64,000 nt of DNA from Candidatus Moanibacter sp. Lineage in GTDB: Bacteria > Verrucomicrobiota > Verrucomicrobiia > Opitutales > UBA2987. The position numbers and the translations under genes were made by a program. Of the stretch, positions 1 to 10,039 are shown piece by piece. Location of the stretch: assembly GCA_965215885.1 (NCBI GenBank), contig CBDCEW010000104.1:64001-128000 (forward strand), read 5' to 3'. Below the pieces are notes generated by a model. The model was given only the letters and a program-made list of their open reading frames with translations, made no database searches and was not told where the DNA came from. Every line of letters begins with the position of its first letter. The first letter of the stretch is position 1.

Positions 1-4
1 GGTC

Positions 5-490
5 CCTGCCGGCATCCCGTTCGATCAGCCGAAGGCGTAGCCGCGGTCGCAAGAACGCGGTTGAGTGGGTGATAGGTATTGCCCCTCCCGTTCCGCGGCC
101 TTGCGGCAGCGGCTACAATGGGGACTCGATGTCGAATTTGTTTTCGATATTCTTTACGACAAGGTTCGCGACAAGGTTCGGGACGAGGTTTGCTTCGCTG
201 ATTCCGAGTAGATCAGCTGTTACGTGCCCATTGCCCGGAGGGCGAAAGCAACTTCTACCTACCCTGGTAACCTTGTCGCGAACCTCACTCGCGAACCTTG
301 TCGATTGTTTTCAAACTACCTGCCGGCATCCCGTTCGATCAGCCGAAGGCGTAGCCGCGGTCGCAAGAACGCGGTTGAGAGGATGATGAATATCGCCCCT
401 TTCGTTCCGCGGCCTTGCGGCTGCGGCTACCATGGTGAATCGATGCCGAATTCGTCTTCTGTATTCTCTGCGACAAGGTTTGCTTCGCTG
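5..490. repeat. Two ~170-195 bp direct repeats (from 5 and 319), each with an inverted pair of GTAG-type REP-like hairpins plus 12-mer CGACAAGGTTCG units
   Basis: CCTGCCGGCATCCCGTTCGATCAGCCGAAGGCGTAGCCGCGGTCGCAAGAACGCGGTTGAG is identical at 5 and 319; inverted partners CCGCGGCCTTGCGGC(A/T)GCGGCTAC at 93-116 and 407-430. Confidence 0.85.
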
Positions 491-521
491 GATTTCAATA
501 TAGGCCCGCGATCAACCCCTA

Positions 522-2060
522 TCAGCATACCGGCTGCATATCCCAGATATCTACCAGCTGTAATTTCGCCTGCGCTCCGCGAGTGAAAAGCCGGATTCCC
601 AGGCTGTCACCTCGCGCGGGATAAGCTCTGTGCGTAACGCACTGACGCCGGTTGGCAAAGACCTCCAGGACCGATCGATCGAGAAAGATTCTCAGCTCCA
701 GCGGCTCGCCGGCCGGCAAAACAAACGGCGCTTCCTGGGCGTCTTCACCGGATTCATGTGATTCTATTCTAATCATTTTTCCCCCCACATGATAAGCGAT
801 CGTCGTCTGCTCTTCTCCGTCTGGTGAGCACAGCACCTTTACACCCACCTGCTTTGCATCTCCGGGATCCACTATGACAGAAATCTCGAGGCAGTCGCTG
901 GATACGCCAGACAGGATCTTCTCTTCATCCGAATCCAGATCCACCCTCTCCCACCTTCGATGATTCCGTCGCAGGGCCAGCAGCTCCGGTACCGGGTCGA
1001 TGAGCAGTTTCCCGCCATCATCGAGCGAAAATTCCCGGGGAAGGCTCATCACTGACCCCCATCCTGTTTCGAAGCAGTTATCCCAAGGTCGACTTTCGGC
1101 CAATCGATCGGTCTCCCGGATCCAGCCGAAGAATATCCGACGACCTTTATCATCGAGAAGAGTTTCCGGTCCGGAGAGGGGGCCACCCGGCCAGTTCATC
1201 CTTCCGTGGTCTTCCGGAAAAAATGTATGATTTTCATAGCGACCCAGGTAGTATTGACACTGGTAGTTAGGACGGTGGGTGTGCATGAGTAGCATATGGC
1301 GATCGCCGAGGGGAAAGAAATCGGGACAGGCGCAATCTTCATCCTCATCGGTCCACTTTCGATCCGATCGATAAAACGGGTGCAGGTAGTCCCAGTGAAC
1401 GAGGTCCGCGGACCGAAAGAGGCTTGTGCAGTCGCCTGCATATCCCGGTCGAAGATTCTTGTTTCCGAGGAGCGCATAATACACGCCGTCTTCATACCAT
1501 GCGCAGGGATCGAAAACTCGGTATTCCGTGGTGGCGGTCTCCTTCGTTTCCTTTGACGAATAGACCTGCCGTTTCTGGACCTCATCCGGCGAGGGAATGA
1601 CAGGGTTTTCGCGTAAGGGCGTCCACTTTATCAGCAGGTCATCTTCGCTCGTGGCGATGCAGGTACCCTGTGCGGGGACGTGGTAGATCAGCGTCGGGAC
1701 GGGCGCACCCTCGACGGCATCACCGCTGTAGATTCCCCGTGGTGTGGTGCCGTCAAAGGCCGGAACAATCGCCGGCGGGTGGTAGACCCAGTGTACCAGG
1801 TCGCTGCTCGAAGAATGCTCCATGACAGGCAGCCAGTCGTATTCCATAGAATCTCCCGGATCCGGGTTGGGCAGTCTCCCCAGGTAAAAGACATGGTAGC
1901 GCCCTTTCCAGTAGATGGTGCCGTTGGCATCGTTGAAAAAACCATCCGGGGGCAGCAAGTGATAGCGTGGACGGTGGGGATCGTTCCACAACCGCTCCCG
2001 TAACACTCTGACGCTTCGAAGCGCCTGTTCCAAGGATCTGCTGTCGTGATTGTCGGGCAT
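522..2060 (-). CDS. Glycoside hydrolase family 32-like protein (beta-fructofuranosidase fold)
   Basis: RPRYH..FFNDANG, YHVFY, VFDP, CACPDFFPL motifs; C-terminal LRIFLDRSVLEVF beta-sandwich. Confidence 0.85.
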   Translation of the reverse strand: MPDNHDSRSLEQALRSVRVLRERLWNDPHRPRYHLLPPDGFFNDANGTIYWKGRYHVFYLGRLPNPDPGDSMEYDWLPVMEHSSSSDLVHWVYHPPAIVPAFDGTTPRGIYSGDAVEGAPVPTLIYHVPAQGTCIATSEDDLLIKWTPLRENPVIPSPDEVQKRQVYSSKETKETATTEYRVFDPCAWYEDGVYYALLGNKNLRPGYAGDCTSLFRSADLVHWDYLHPFYRSDRKWTDEDEDCACPDFFPLGDRHMLLMHTHRPNYQCQYYLGRYENHTFFPEDHGRMNWPGGPLSGPETLLDDKGRRIFFGWIRETDRLAESRPWDNCFETGWGSVMSLPREFSLDDGGKLLIDPVPELLALRRNHRRWERVDLDSDEEKILSGVSSDCLEISVIVDPGDAKQVGVKVLCSPDGEEQTTIAYHVGGKMIRIESHESGEDAQEAPFVLPAGEPLELRIFLDRSVLEVFANRRQCVTHRAYPARGDSLGIRLFTRGAQAKLQLVDIWDMQPVC

Positions 2061-2193
2061 GTTGTTGTTTCCAAATGGTGCTTATACGCGGAATTTCCAG
2101 ATGAAATCGTCTACCTACGTATCCTCGTCGCGAACCTTGTCGAATCAACCCAAGCGAGAAACATATATACCGATTGATTCTTACTAGGCGAAA

Positions 2194-2477
2194 CTAAACC
2201 TTCAGCATCGCCGCGATCATACTATCGACTCTTCTCAACATCTGTTTGATTTCCGCAACCGCACGAGTTTCCCATATGCCCCTTGCTACGCAAACATCGA
2301 TAAGAGCCGCTAGTTTGCGGGTCGCTCTATTGGCTATGTTTAGGAACCGCATACCATCCAAATTCGAGTAGCGCCCGTTTCCTTCGGCGATATTGAGGAT
2401 CATGCTAGTCGAGGTATCGTCAATCCGACGAAATGTAATAGGTCTTTATAAACTTCCAGTTTCTCGTGACTGAACAT
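2194..2477 (-). pseudogene. Four-helix bundle protein (23S rRNA IVP / TIGR02436-like), internally deleted and frameshifted
   Basis: ATG at 2477 gives MFSHEKLEVYK; another frame continues DDTSTSMILNIAEGNGR...RRVDSMIAAML; flanked by CGAACCTTGTCG repeats. Confidence 0.75.
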
Positions 2478-2582
2478 TGCTTATAAGAATTCATTCGACC
2501 GAATTTGAATTCGACAAAGTTCGCGCCAAGGTTCGCGACGAGGTTATTAAAGGAATTCGCAATTATCTTCTGATTTCGATCA

Positions 2583-2770
2583 ATAATGTCAGCCGTGTAA
2601 TTCCGCTTAGAACTTAACGGAGCAAACCTTGTCCCGAACCTTGTCGATAAAACAAAAGGAGAAAACCGGCGTTCGCTATAATGTCAGCCGTGTAATTCCG
2701 CTTAGAACTTAACGGAGCAAACCTTGTCCCGAACCTTGTCGATAAAACAAAAGGAGAAAACCGGCGTTCG
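2583..2770. repeat. Exact 93-bp tandem duplication (2583-2675 and 2678-2770)
   Basis: ATAATGTCAGCC...AACCGGCGTTCG occurs twice, separated by CT. Confidence 0.95.
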
Positions 2771-2799
2771 AATCATTCCGTGGTGCCAGATTCAACTCC

Positions 2800-3912
2800 T
2801 CACCCTATCTCAAGCGCCGCTTCGCGTTCGAGGATCCCGTCCTCCGTGCGATCCCCGTCTTCTTCTTCTACGGGTCGCGGCAGTTCGGGCACAAACGCAT
2901 ACTCGGGATCCGCGATCTGTTTTCGATGGATTTCCAGCAATCCCTTCCAGGTCGCCCAGAGTCCGTAGGGCGCCGGCGGTAGGTCGTGCGCGATAGCGGC
3001 GCGCAGTTTCGGCAGGTTGAAAAACGGGACTGCGGGGTACATGTGGTGCTCGATGTGGTACTGCATGTTCCAGTAGAGGAAGGCCGGAAGCCACGAACAG
3101 GTGTAGGTCCGGCAGTAGAGGCGGTGATCCGCGATGTTCGGAGAGAGCCCGTAATGCTGCGGATGGCCGCAGAGAAAACCCAGCCAATGGCAATAGTGTC
3201 TGCCGTTGACCAGGACGATGAGAAACCAGTGTCCGGTGGCGATAAAGAGCGCGGCCAGGGCGGTGTGGCCGAGGAGGGTAAATCGCGCCCAGTTCCGGTG
3301 CTCGCCGCGCAGCTTGGCGTCACTTTCGGGCAAGACAAACTCATACCATTCGTTGTCCATTTGTCCCGTCGCGCGCTTGGTATAGAGCTTCAAAAGATCC
3401 CAAGTATGCAACGGATCCCACGCGAACAATCGAGCCCAAAATCGCCAATCCTTGAATGTAAACTTGGCGGGGAGAACGACCTCGCCGTCGTAGTCACCAT
3501 GGACCGTGACCTGGTGGTGTTTGATGTGGCTGGGACGAAACCAGACATGGTCCCACCAGCCGAAAAATGCGAATACCCTCAAAAAGAACTCATTCAGCGC
3601 CTTCGTCTTGAAGGGTGTACGGTGCATGAGTTCATGACAGGCGGTGCCCCCGATAAAGTGACAGAATGTGCCGTGAGCGAACAATGAGACGAGAAGGAGG
3701 GGCGCGGACCAGAACCAATTCCCGTCGTTGATCTGAAGAAAAACCAGGTAGGCCAGCGACCCCGTAATAACACACAGCCCCAAGTGCCCAAGGGCCTGAC
3801 GGAATCCCTGCAGGTCGCTCCGCTTTACCAGCTTCTTCATCACCGCAGGATCGACTTTGCAGCGATACCATCTGATCGTCTTGTCTTTGAGGAATTTCTC
3901 AGCGCCACTCAT
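2800..3912 (-). CDS. Membrane fatty-acid desaturase family protein (MocD-like)
   Basis: Three His boxes HELMH, HIKHH, YHIEHH; hydrophobic segments. Confidence 0.85.
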   Translation of the reverse strand: MSGAEKFLKDKTIRWYRCKVDPAVMKKLVKRSDLQGFRQALGHLGLCVITGSLAYLVFLQINDGNWFWSAPLLLVSLFAHGTFCHFIGGTACHELMHRTPFKTKALNEFFLRVFAFFGWWDHVWFRPSHIKHHQVTVHGDYDGEVVLPAKFTFKDWRFWARLFAWDPLHTWDLLKLYTKRATGQMDNEWYEFVLPESDAKLRGEHRNWARFTLLGHTALAALFIATGHWFLIVLVNGRHYCHWLGFLCGHPQHYGLSPNIADHRLYCRTYTCSWLPAFLYWNMQYHIEHHMYPAVPFFNLPKLRAAIAHDLPPAPYGLWATWKGLLEIHRKQIADPEYAFVPELPRPVEEEDGDRTEDGILEREAALEIG

Positions 3913-4119
3913 GGCAAGTGTTGAGGATCCACAGCGATCAAAGCTATGGCCTCTCGGAGCATCGATAGATACTTCCTATACTGCTCCACACCCCATTGCT
4001 CCATCGTATAATCAAGGATATGTTCATAGTCCTCAGAAGCCAACCGAGTGACTATAAAGTCCAGATTTTACCTTGGACTTCACCATCATTTCCAATTTAT
4101 CAGTCAGCGACACGTGCAT
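3909..4119 (-). pseudogene. Collapsed parD-parE type II toxin-antitoxin operon (ParD N-terminus joined to ParE N-terminus)
   Basis: MHVSLTDKLEMMVKSKVKSGLY (ParD/CC2985-type RHH) after RBS AGAAAGGA, then shifted frame IVTRLASEDYEHILDYTMEQWGVEQYRKYLSML (ParE-like). Confidence 0.8.
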
Positions 4120-4145
4120 GATTAATCCTTTCTGGTCATCTGTCT

Positions 4146-4174
4146 ATTATACACATTTTGTCAATGTTTGTACA
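4146..4174 (-). promoter_or_regulatory. Sigma70-type promoter upstream of the parD remnant
   Basis: Minus strand TGTACA-N17-TATAAT with extended -10 TG, ~27 nt before the parD ATG. Confidence 0.6.
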
Positions 4175-4315
4175 TGTAGCCGAACTTTGAACACTTTCGA
4201 GCCGCCCCGGAAAATGCCAGCATCACCGCGTAAGGATCGCTTTTCGGCCACCGAAAGCGGGCTATTGAACAAAAGGTAAAAGAAGATATTGCAGGTGTCC
4301 CGAATAAAGACAGAA

Positions 4316-5182
4316 ATGAAGGCCATGATCGACATCGATAAACGAAAACGATTAGAAAAAGACGGTTTTTATCTTTTTGAGAACATTCTTGAGCCTGACT
4401 TGATCGTAAAGCTGAATAACCTTAGCGATGCCATCCTTGCCCAGCAGGAGGCCAAGCATTTCGAACAACAACGCGCGACGGGCAGCATGGTGCTGATCAC
4501 CTGGGAGATGGCCTATGAACATGCGGTCCTGGCGGAGATGATCGCCCAGCCCAGGATGCTTGCGGCGCTGGCTGAACTCGGCTTCGATGAACCGAAATTC
4601 GGGCACGGCCGTATCATCAGCAAGCCGCCGCACAGCCCGCCGCTGTTCTGGCACGAAGATGGCCGTTTTTGGAATGATCCGGTCAGTTACACCCCGCAAC
4701 CAATCCAGGTCTTCCTGATGTACTACCTCACGGATACCACTCCGGAGAATGGATGTTTAAGAGTGATACCGGGGTCGCATCTGAAGCGGCACCCCTTGCA
4801 CGACCAGGCCTCGGAGCGGCACACGGATGATCTGCGGACGTATACCGATCCGAATTGCATCCAGTTCCAGCGCGCGGAGGGAGAGATCGATGTGCCATTG
4901 AAGGCCGGTGATCTGGTGGTGGGGTACGCGACCCTGTTTCATGCCTCCCATCGGAACGGCTCGGATGGGCGCCGAACGTGTCTCACCATGTGGTACTACC
5001 CGGACTTCAACAATCTGCCCGAGCGCACGCGGGCGACGGTCGATTTCCTGGAATCCAAAGGTTGGAAGGCCGCCAGCAAGACGGGGCCTGGAGAGGCTGT
5101 GATGCAACCGTTCAGGATCGTGTATACCGGGGATGCGAAACCGATCGAGCAGGAGTGGGTGCCGGGGAAGGAATTGAGGTGA
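4316..5182 (+). CDS. Phytanoyl-CoA dioxygenase (PhyH) family Fe(II)/2OG oxygenase
   Basis: WHED, ENGCLRVIPGSH, HAS..N...RR motifs. Confidence 0.9.
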   Translation: MKAMIDIDKRKRLEKDGFYLFENILEPDLIVKLNNLSDAILAQQEAKHFEQQRATGSMVLITWEMAYEHAVLAEMIAQPRMLAALAELGFDEPKFGHGRIISKPPHSPPLFWHEDGRFWNDPVSYTPQPIQVFLMYYLTDTTPENGCLRVIPGSHLKRHPLHDQASERHTDDLRTYTDPNCIQFQRAEGEIDVPLKAGDLVVGYATLFHASHRNGSDGRRTCLTMWYYPDFNNLPERTRATVDFLESKGWKAASKTGPGEAVMQPFRIVYTGDAKPIEQEWVPGKELR

Positions 5183-5372
5183 AGTACTGAACTTTGATTG
5201 CCGAATCCCGGCTTTCCGGAAAACATCCAACCCTGCTGGTACGGTCTCGATTTTTTGAGCGCAGGATTCTCGTCGGCATCCATTCTCTGACTTTGACATT
5301 CGAGTTTGCTGTTACACATATTTGGTTTCTCCACCGGATAATTGTATATGGAATTATAACAAAGGAATCGTT

Positions 5373-6209
5373 ATGGAACTTAGTTTTCAGCAAGAGAACC
5401 CTCACGTGATGAACCTCCGTGCGGAAGGCATGGGCACCATTTCTCGATACGCATGGTATCCGGAATTGCACCCCCATATCACGTGCCTGTTGGGGCCGGG
5501 CAAACGAAACGTGCTGGAAAACCAACCTGCCGATCATCTTCACCATCACGGCGTTTGTTTCTCACACGGAGTGGTCAACGACGAGCTCGACTTCTACCTC
5601 TACAGAGATAAACGAAACTTGGGCCAGATCAATCTAGTCGGTGACGTGCAGACCAAGGCCGAGGATAACGTAGCTGCATTGGCCCATGATAGCGAGTGGA
5701 TCGCTCCAGATGGTAAGGAGCTGATTACCGACCACCGCTCCTACCGTTGGGAGATGCTTAACGACGGTGAACTTTACCTCGATACGGATATCAGCCTGCG
5801 ACCCGTCGATCAAACGGTGGTGTTTCACCCCACCAATGAATCCGGAATGCCGCTGGTACGTCCGGCCGATTGGTTGGTGGCGAACCACGGTGGTGTTCTG
5901 ACCGACAGCGAAGGGCGCAGCGGTGAGAAAGAGATGTTCGGCAAACCCGCCCGTTGGATCGACGAAACCGCTGAAACCGACGGCAAGTTGATCGGCATTT
6001 CCCTCCTGGATCACCCCTCAAATCCAGTGCAAGCCCACTGGTTTTCCAGGGATTACGGTCCTCTCGCTCCCAATTACAACTACTTCACCGGTCCGGTCGA
6101 ACTCAACATCGGGGACCAACTCAACCTGAAATATCGAATTTTTGTCCATTCAGGTGCCGGTGATCCTGATCGCATGAGCACTGAATACGAAAAATTTGCA
6201 CAAACCTGA
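5373..6209 (+). CDS. PmoA-like (PF14100/DUF6807) family protein
   Basis: PADHLHHHG, FGKPARWID, DHPSNP, WFSRDYG, LKYRIFVHSG; RBS AAAGGA. Confidence 0.75.
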   Translation: MELSFQQENPHVMNLRAEGMGTISRYAWYPELHPHITCLLGPGKRNVLENQPADHLHHHGVCFSHGVVNDELDFYLYRDKRNLGQINLVGDVQTKAEDNVAALAHDSEWIAPDGKELITDHRSYRWEMLNDGELYLDTDISLRPVDQTVVFHPTNESGMPLVRPADWLVANHGGVLTDSEGRSGEKEMFGKPARWIDETAETDGKLIGISLLDHPSNPVQAHWFSRDYGPLAPNYNYFTGPVELNIGDQLNLKYRIFVHSGAGDPDRMSTEYEKFAQT

Positions 6210-6423
6210 ATTTGTGGTACTTTCCGCAAGTTCAAGTTCGGGAGAACAGACCTCCCGACGATAGTAAGTACTCAAGCGATGACAACATCCCCGCATAAAA
6301 ACGAGAAGAACATGGAGGTCGAATTTCACGCCTCCGGTGCCAACGTGGACCCAGATACGAAGCAGCTCTACACGAACTTCGATAACACGGCAAGCCCCGA
6401 GGGCTGCGTGGACACCTCCGCCT

Positions 6424-8317
6424 CAGGGTAAAAGGATTCCAGGAAGCAACTAGCTGATAAGCAAGAAGATAAAAAAAGAGCTAAACAAACCCGAGGGAAT
6501 CAGTCATGTTAAGATGGGATGAAAGACAAAAAATCTTACCAACTGAATCCTTCGATAGATCGTTTAACTCTGCGTCTGGTCCTGCCCGAAGAGCAGGAGC
6601 GATTCAATGATCTATTGAAACAACATCATTATTTACACAGTGCGGGCAGCGCAGGAGAGACCCTGCGCTATGTGGCGCAGATCGACGGGCAATGGATGGG
6701 CCTGCTCTTGTGGGGGGCCGCATCCTACCGGCTGAAGGATCGAGACGAATGGATCGGGTGGGACGGGGCGCAACGGCATGCACGATTGAAACTGGTAGTA
6801 CAGAACCGGCGTTTTCTGATTTTGCCCGGGGTGGATCTTGCAAATTTGGCCTCCAAGACGTTGGGTATGTGCCTGAGAGTCTTAGCCGATCACTGGCAGG
6901 AGGCTTTTGGCTATCGTCCCTTAGTAGCGGAAACGTTCGTGGACCCACAGATTCACCGGGGCACTTGCTACGAAGCGAGCGGGTGGACGCCCTTGGGCTT
7001 GAGCGCGGGATATGGCCGCCAACGCGAAGATTTCTATCAACGCCATGAGCGTCCCAAGCAGATCTGGGTCAAACCCCTCAAGGCTAATGCCCTTGAGCTT
7101 TTGCGCGCTTCAGGGCCATTGCCCGCGGCACAGAGCCAGGCGCTCAATGAAACCGATAACTCCCATGCGGTCTGCCTCAAAGTGGAACAGATGAGCAGCC
7201 TGTGGGAACGCTTCAATCAGATAGAAGACTTCCGTCGTAAAGCGGGCCTTAGATATCGGCTCGCCACGGTCCTGAGCATGATTGTGCTCGGCACGATGTG
7301 CGGCAAACAGACCCTCAAGGGCATCGTGCGCCTGGCCCATCATCTCAATCAAGCCCAATTGCGCGCCTTACGCTCCTGGAAAAACCCCAAAACAGGCCGC
7401 TATAAGGCCCCTTGCTATGATGTCTTCTATCGGGTCTTGCAAAACGTAAAGGCCGAGCTCTTCGATAAAACCCTCACCGAATTCATCTGCTTACAAGACG
7501 GCTGTTTGCCCCGCGATATTGCCGTCGACGGCAAGACCCTCAAAGGCACAAACACCGAAGAATCAAAGGCTCTGCACCTGGTGGCCGCAGTCGATCACCA
7601 AAGCGCTCAAACCTTAGCCCAAGTCGCTACCGCCGATAAATCCAACGCGATCACCGCCGCCCAGACTCTCTTGCGAAAGATGCCCATTTTGGACGGCTCC
7701 ACCTTCACCTTCGACGCCATGCATAATCAAAAAGAAACTGCCCACATCGTCGTCGAAGAACTCAGTGCTGACTATGTTATTCAAATTAAAGACAATCAGC
7801 CCAACATGCATCAATACGCTCAGAATCTCTTCAGCTCCACCCCCTTTTTCTCCACCAAACCGTGGACAATGACCATGGGCGACTCGAAATACGTCAAATA
7901 GCAACCCATTCTCTAAGCGCTCCCTCTGCCGGCCTGCCCCATGCCCGCCAGTTCGCCTGTGTGCAACGCACCTTCCATTATCCAAACAAAGCTGAACCTT
8001 CCTCTGAACGCTCTTACTACGTAAGCAGTCTCGATCCCGCCGATTTGAGCCCTCAACAGTTCCTCTCGAAAATTCGCAACCATTGGTCGATCGAAAATAA
8101 AAATCATTACCCCAGGGATCGCTTCTTCGATGAAGATCGATGTATGATCCGTAATCATAACGCAGCCAGAATTCTTGCTGCATGCAGGCAACTGGTTCTC
8201 AGCCTCAAGTCTTCCATGGGCGCTGAATCCACTCCCGCACTCTGTGATGATTTCGTCTTTAACTTACATAAGGCCATCAATATCATCACCTAATGCTCCG
8301 AGAATCAAAATACCGTG
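6424..8317 (+). mobile_element. ISAs1-family insertion sequence
   Basis: Imperfect IRs CAGGGTAAAAGGATTC / CACGGTATTTTGATTC; flanks CACCTCCGCCT (6413-6423) and CACCTCCAACT (8318-8328) form a degenerate 11-bp TSD. Confidence 0.85.
6519..8293 (+). CDS. DUF4338-domain ISAs1 transposase in two frames (6519-7901 and a -1 frame ending at 8293)
   Basis: N-terminal HHYL..LRYVA..RFLILP..LVAETFVDP..GTCY (DUF4338); AVDGKTL, FDAMH, IKDNQP; second frame HGRLEIR, IRNHWSIEN, DED; CCCCCTTTTT at 7840-7849. Confidence 0.85.
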
Positions 8318-9287
8318 CACCTCCAACTACAAGGGCTCAGGTCGGGTGAAGAACCGCGTTGCCATCGTGACGGGGGGCACGCAGGCCATCGGCAAGACGT
8401 GCGTGGAGGTCCTCGCGAAGGAGGGCGCGATCGTCTACTTCTGCGGCCGGAGGGCGGAGCCCGGCGAACGGGTGCAGGAAAATTTGAGGAGAGAGTTGAA
8501 ACAGAGGAACGTCGGAGAAGGAGAAGAAGGGGAGCGCGTCTTTTTCGACGTGGCGGACGTGGGCAACGAGGACTCGTTGAAGAAGTGGATTGAATCGGTC
8601 GGCGAGAGGGAGGGCAAGATTGACATCGTGCTTCCGAATGCCGCGGCGTTTGTTTTCGGTAATGTCGACGAGGTGACGTCCAACGACTGGGATGTGATTC
8701 TCAACACCAACGTGAAGGGCTACTCGAATTGTGTGAAATTTGCCTTACCGTATTTGCGCAGCACCCAACCGAAAATCAATCGAAGCGGAAGCGCAGGTGA
8801 GAATCAAAATCCGAATCGTGTCGGCGGCAGCGTGGTGATGATGGCATCGATCTCAAGCCACATTGCGCAGCCGGCTTTTCTCCCGTATAATACGAGCAAG
8901 GGAGCGATCATACAGATGATGCGGTGTATGAGTCTGGACCTGGGTCCTGAGAGTATCCGGGTCAATGCCGTCTGCCCGGGGACTATCGACACGCCCGCGA
9001 CCACCAAGCACGCCACAAATCTGAACATAAGCAAGGCGGAGCTGACCCGGATGCAGTGCAAGAGCCACTTCGTTAAGAGGCTGGGGTCTACCTTGGATTG
9101 TGCATATGCCGTCTTGTTTCTGGCCTCAGATGAGAGCAGCTTCATAACCGGAGCAAGTCTCATGGTCGATGGAGGTTACACGGTAGGGCACAATGCGGAG
9201 GAATAGTAAATAGTAGGAAATCGCTCTTCGGGAAGTTAAGCCGTTGTTGAGCGACTGTTGAAGGATTTTTTTTGAAGGAGATGAGTT

Positions 9288-10034
9288 ATGGCAGAGCAGA
9301 AAAAGGCCCCGGTGGGGTACGATGACACGCCGTTTTTGCCGGGCGACCAGTGGCGGGTGCACGATGCGAATCGGCCGCAGCCGAGGGTGGTGACACCGGG
9401 AGCGAGGGTGGGGGATGCGCCTTCCGATGCGGTGGTGCTGTTTGACGGAACGGATTTGTCCAGGTGGCAGGGAAGGGATGGATCGGATGCGGGGTGGAAT
9501 ATTAAAGACGGTTATATGGAGGTGGTGCCGGGAAGCGGGAATATTCAGACCAGGGATGATTTTGGAGATTGCCAGTTGCACATTGAATTCGCGTGTCCTG
9601 CCGAAGTGGTGGGCGATAGTCAGGGGCGGGGGAACAGCGGGGTATTTTTGATCGGGCAATACGAGGTTCAGGTGCTGGACGGATACAATAATCGGACTTA
9701 CGCCGATGGAACTACATCGGCGATTTACGCCCAGTATCCGCCCCGGGTTAATGCCTGCCGACCGCCTGGGGAGTGGCAAAGTTATGATATTGTTTTCGAA
9801 GCCCCTCGATACGACAGCGACAGGCTGTTGAGCCCGGCCTATTTAACGGTGTTGCACAATGGGTTGCTTGTACACAACCGCCAGGCGGCGCTTGGTCCCA
9901 CAGGGCACAAGAACGTGGCGAATTACGACGATCCACACGGGCCGACGGGACCATTGATTCTGTAGGATCACAAGAATCCGACCCGGTTTCGGAATATCTG
10001 GATCCGGGCGCTGACGGAATACGACGAAGCTTAA
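9288..10034 (+). pseudogene. DUF1080 (3-keto-disaccharide hydrolase) family protein with an internal amber stop
   Basis: VLFDG, GNSGVF, YEVQVLD, GEWQSYDI; reads GPLIL*DH..RFRNIWIR across the TAG at 9963-9965. Confidence 0.85.
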
Positions 10035-10039
10035 CGACT

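Larger units (their letters stand above)
6312..9206 (+). pseudogene. Short-chain dehydrogenase/reductase split by an ISAs1 insertion
   Basis: 5' part MEVEFHAS...PEGCVDTS rejoins in frame to (TS)NYKGSGRVKNRVAIVTGGTQAIG; YNTSK catalytic motif, NAVCPG, VDGG. Confidence 0.85.

Noticed and set aside
2194..2477. DGR Avd protein
   Set aside because: The fold is shared, but there is no reverse transcriptase and no TR/VR pair with adenine-specific differences
5..2770. CRISPR array suggested by the repeats
   Set aside because: No run of equal-length repeats with unique, regularly sized spacers, and no cas genes
5373..6209. Particulate methane monooxygenase subunit
   Set aside because: Soluble protein of the misnamed PmoA-like family; no pmoB/pmoC
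6519..7150. Druantia defence system
   Set aside because: The DUF4338 domain is part of an IS transposase and no DruE helicase is present
9963..9965. TAG reassigned to Gln or pyrrolysine
   Set aside because: Single case; TAG is the normal stop of many genes here (gmhB, hemB, thiolase, ADH)
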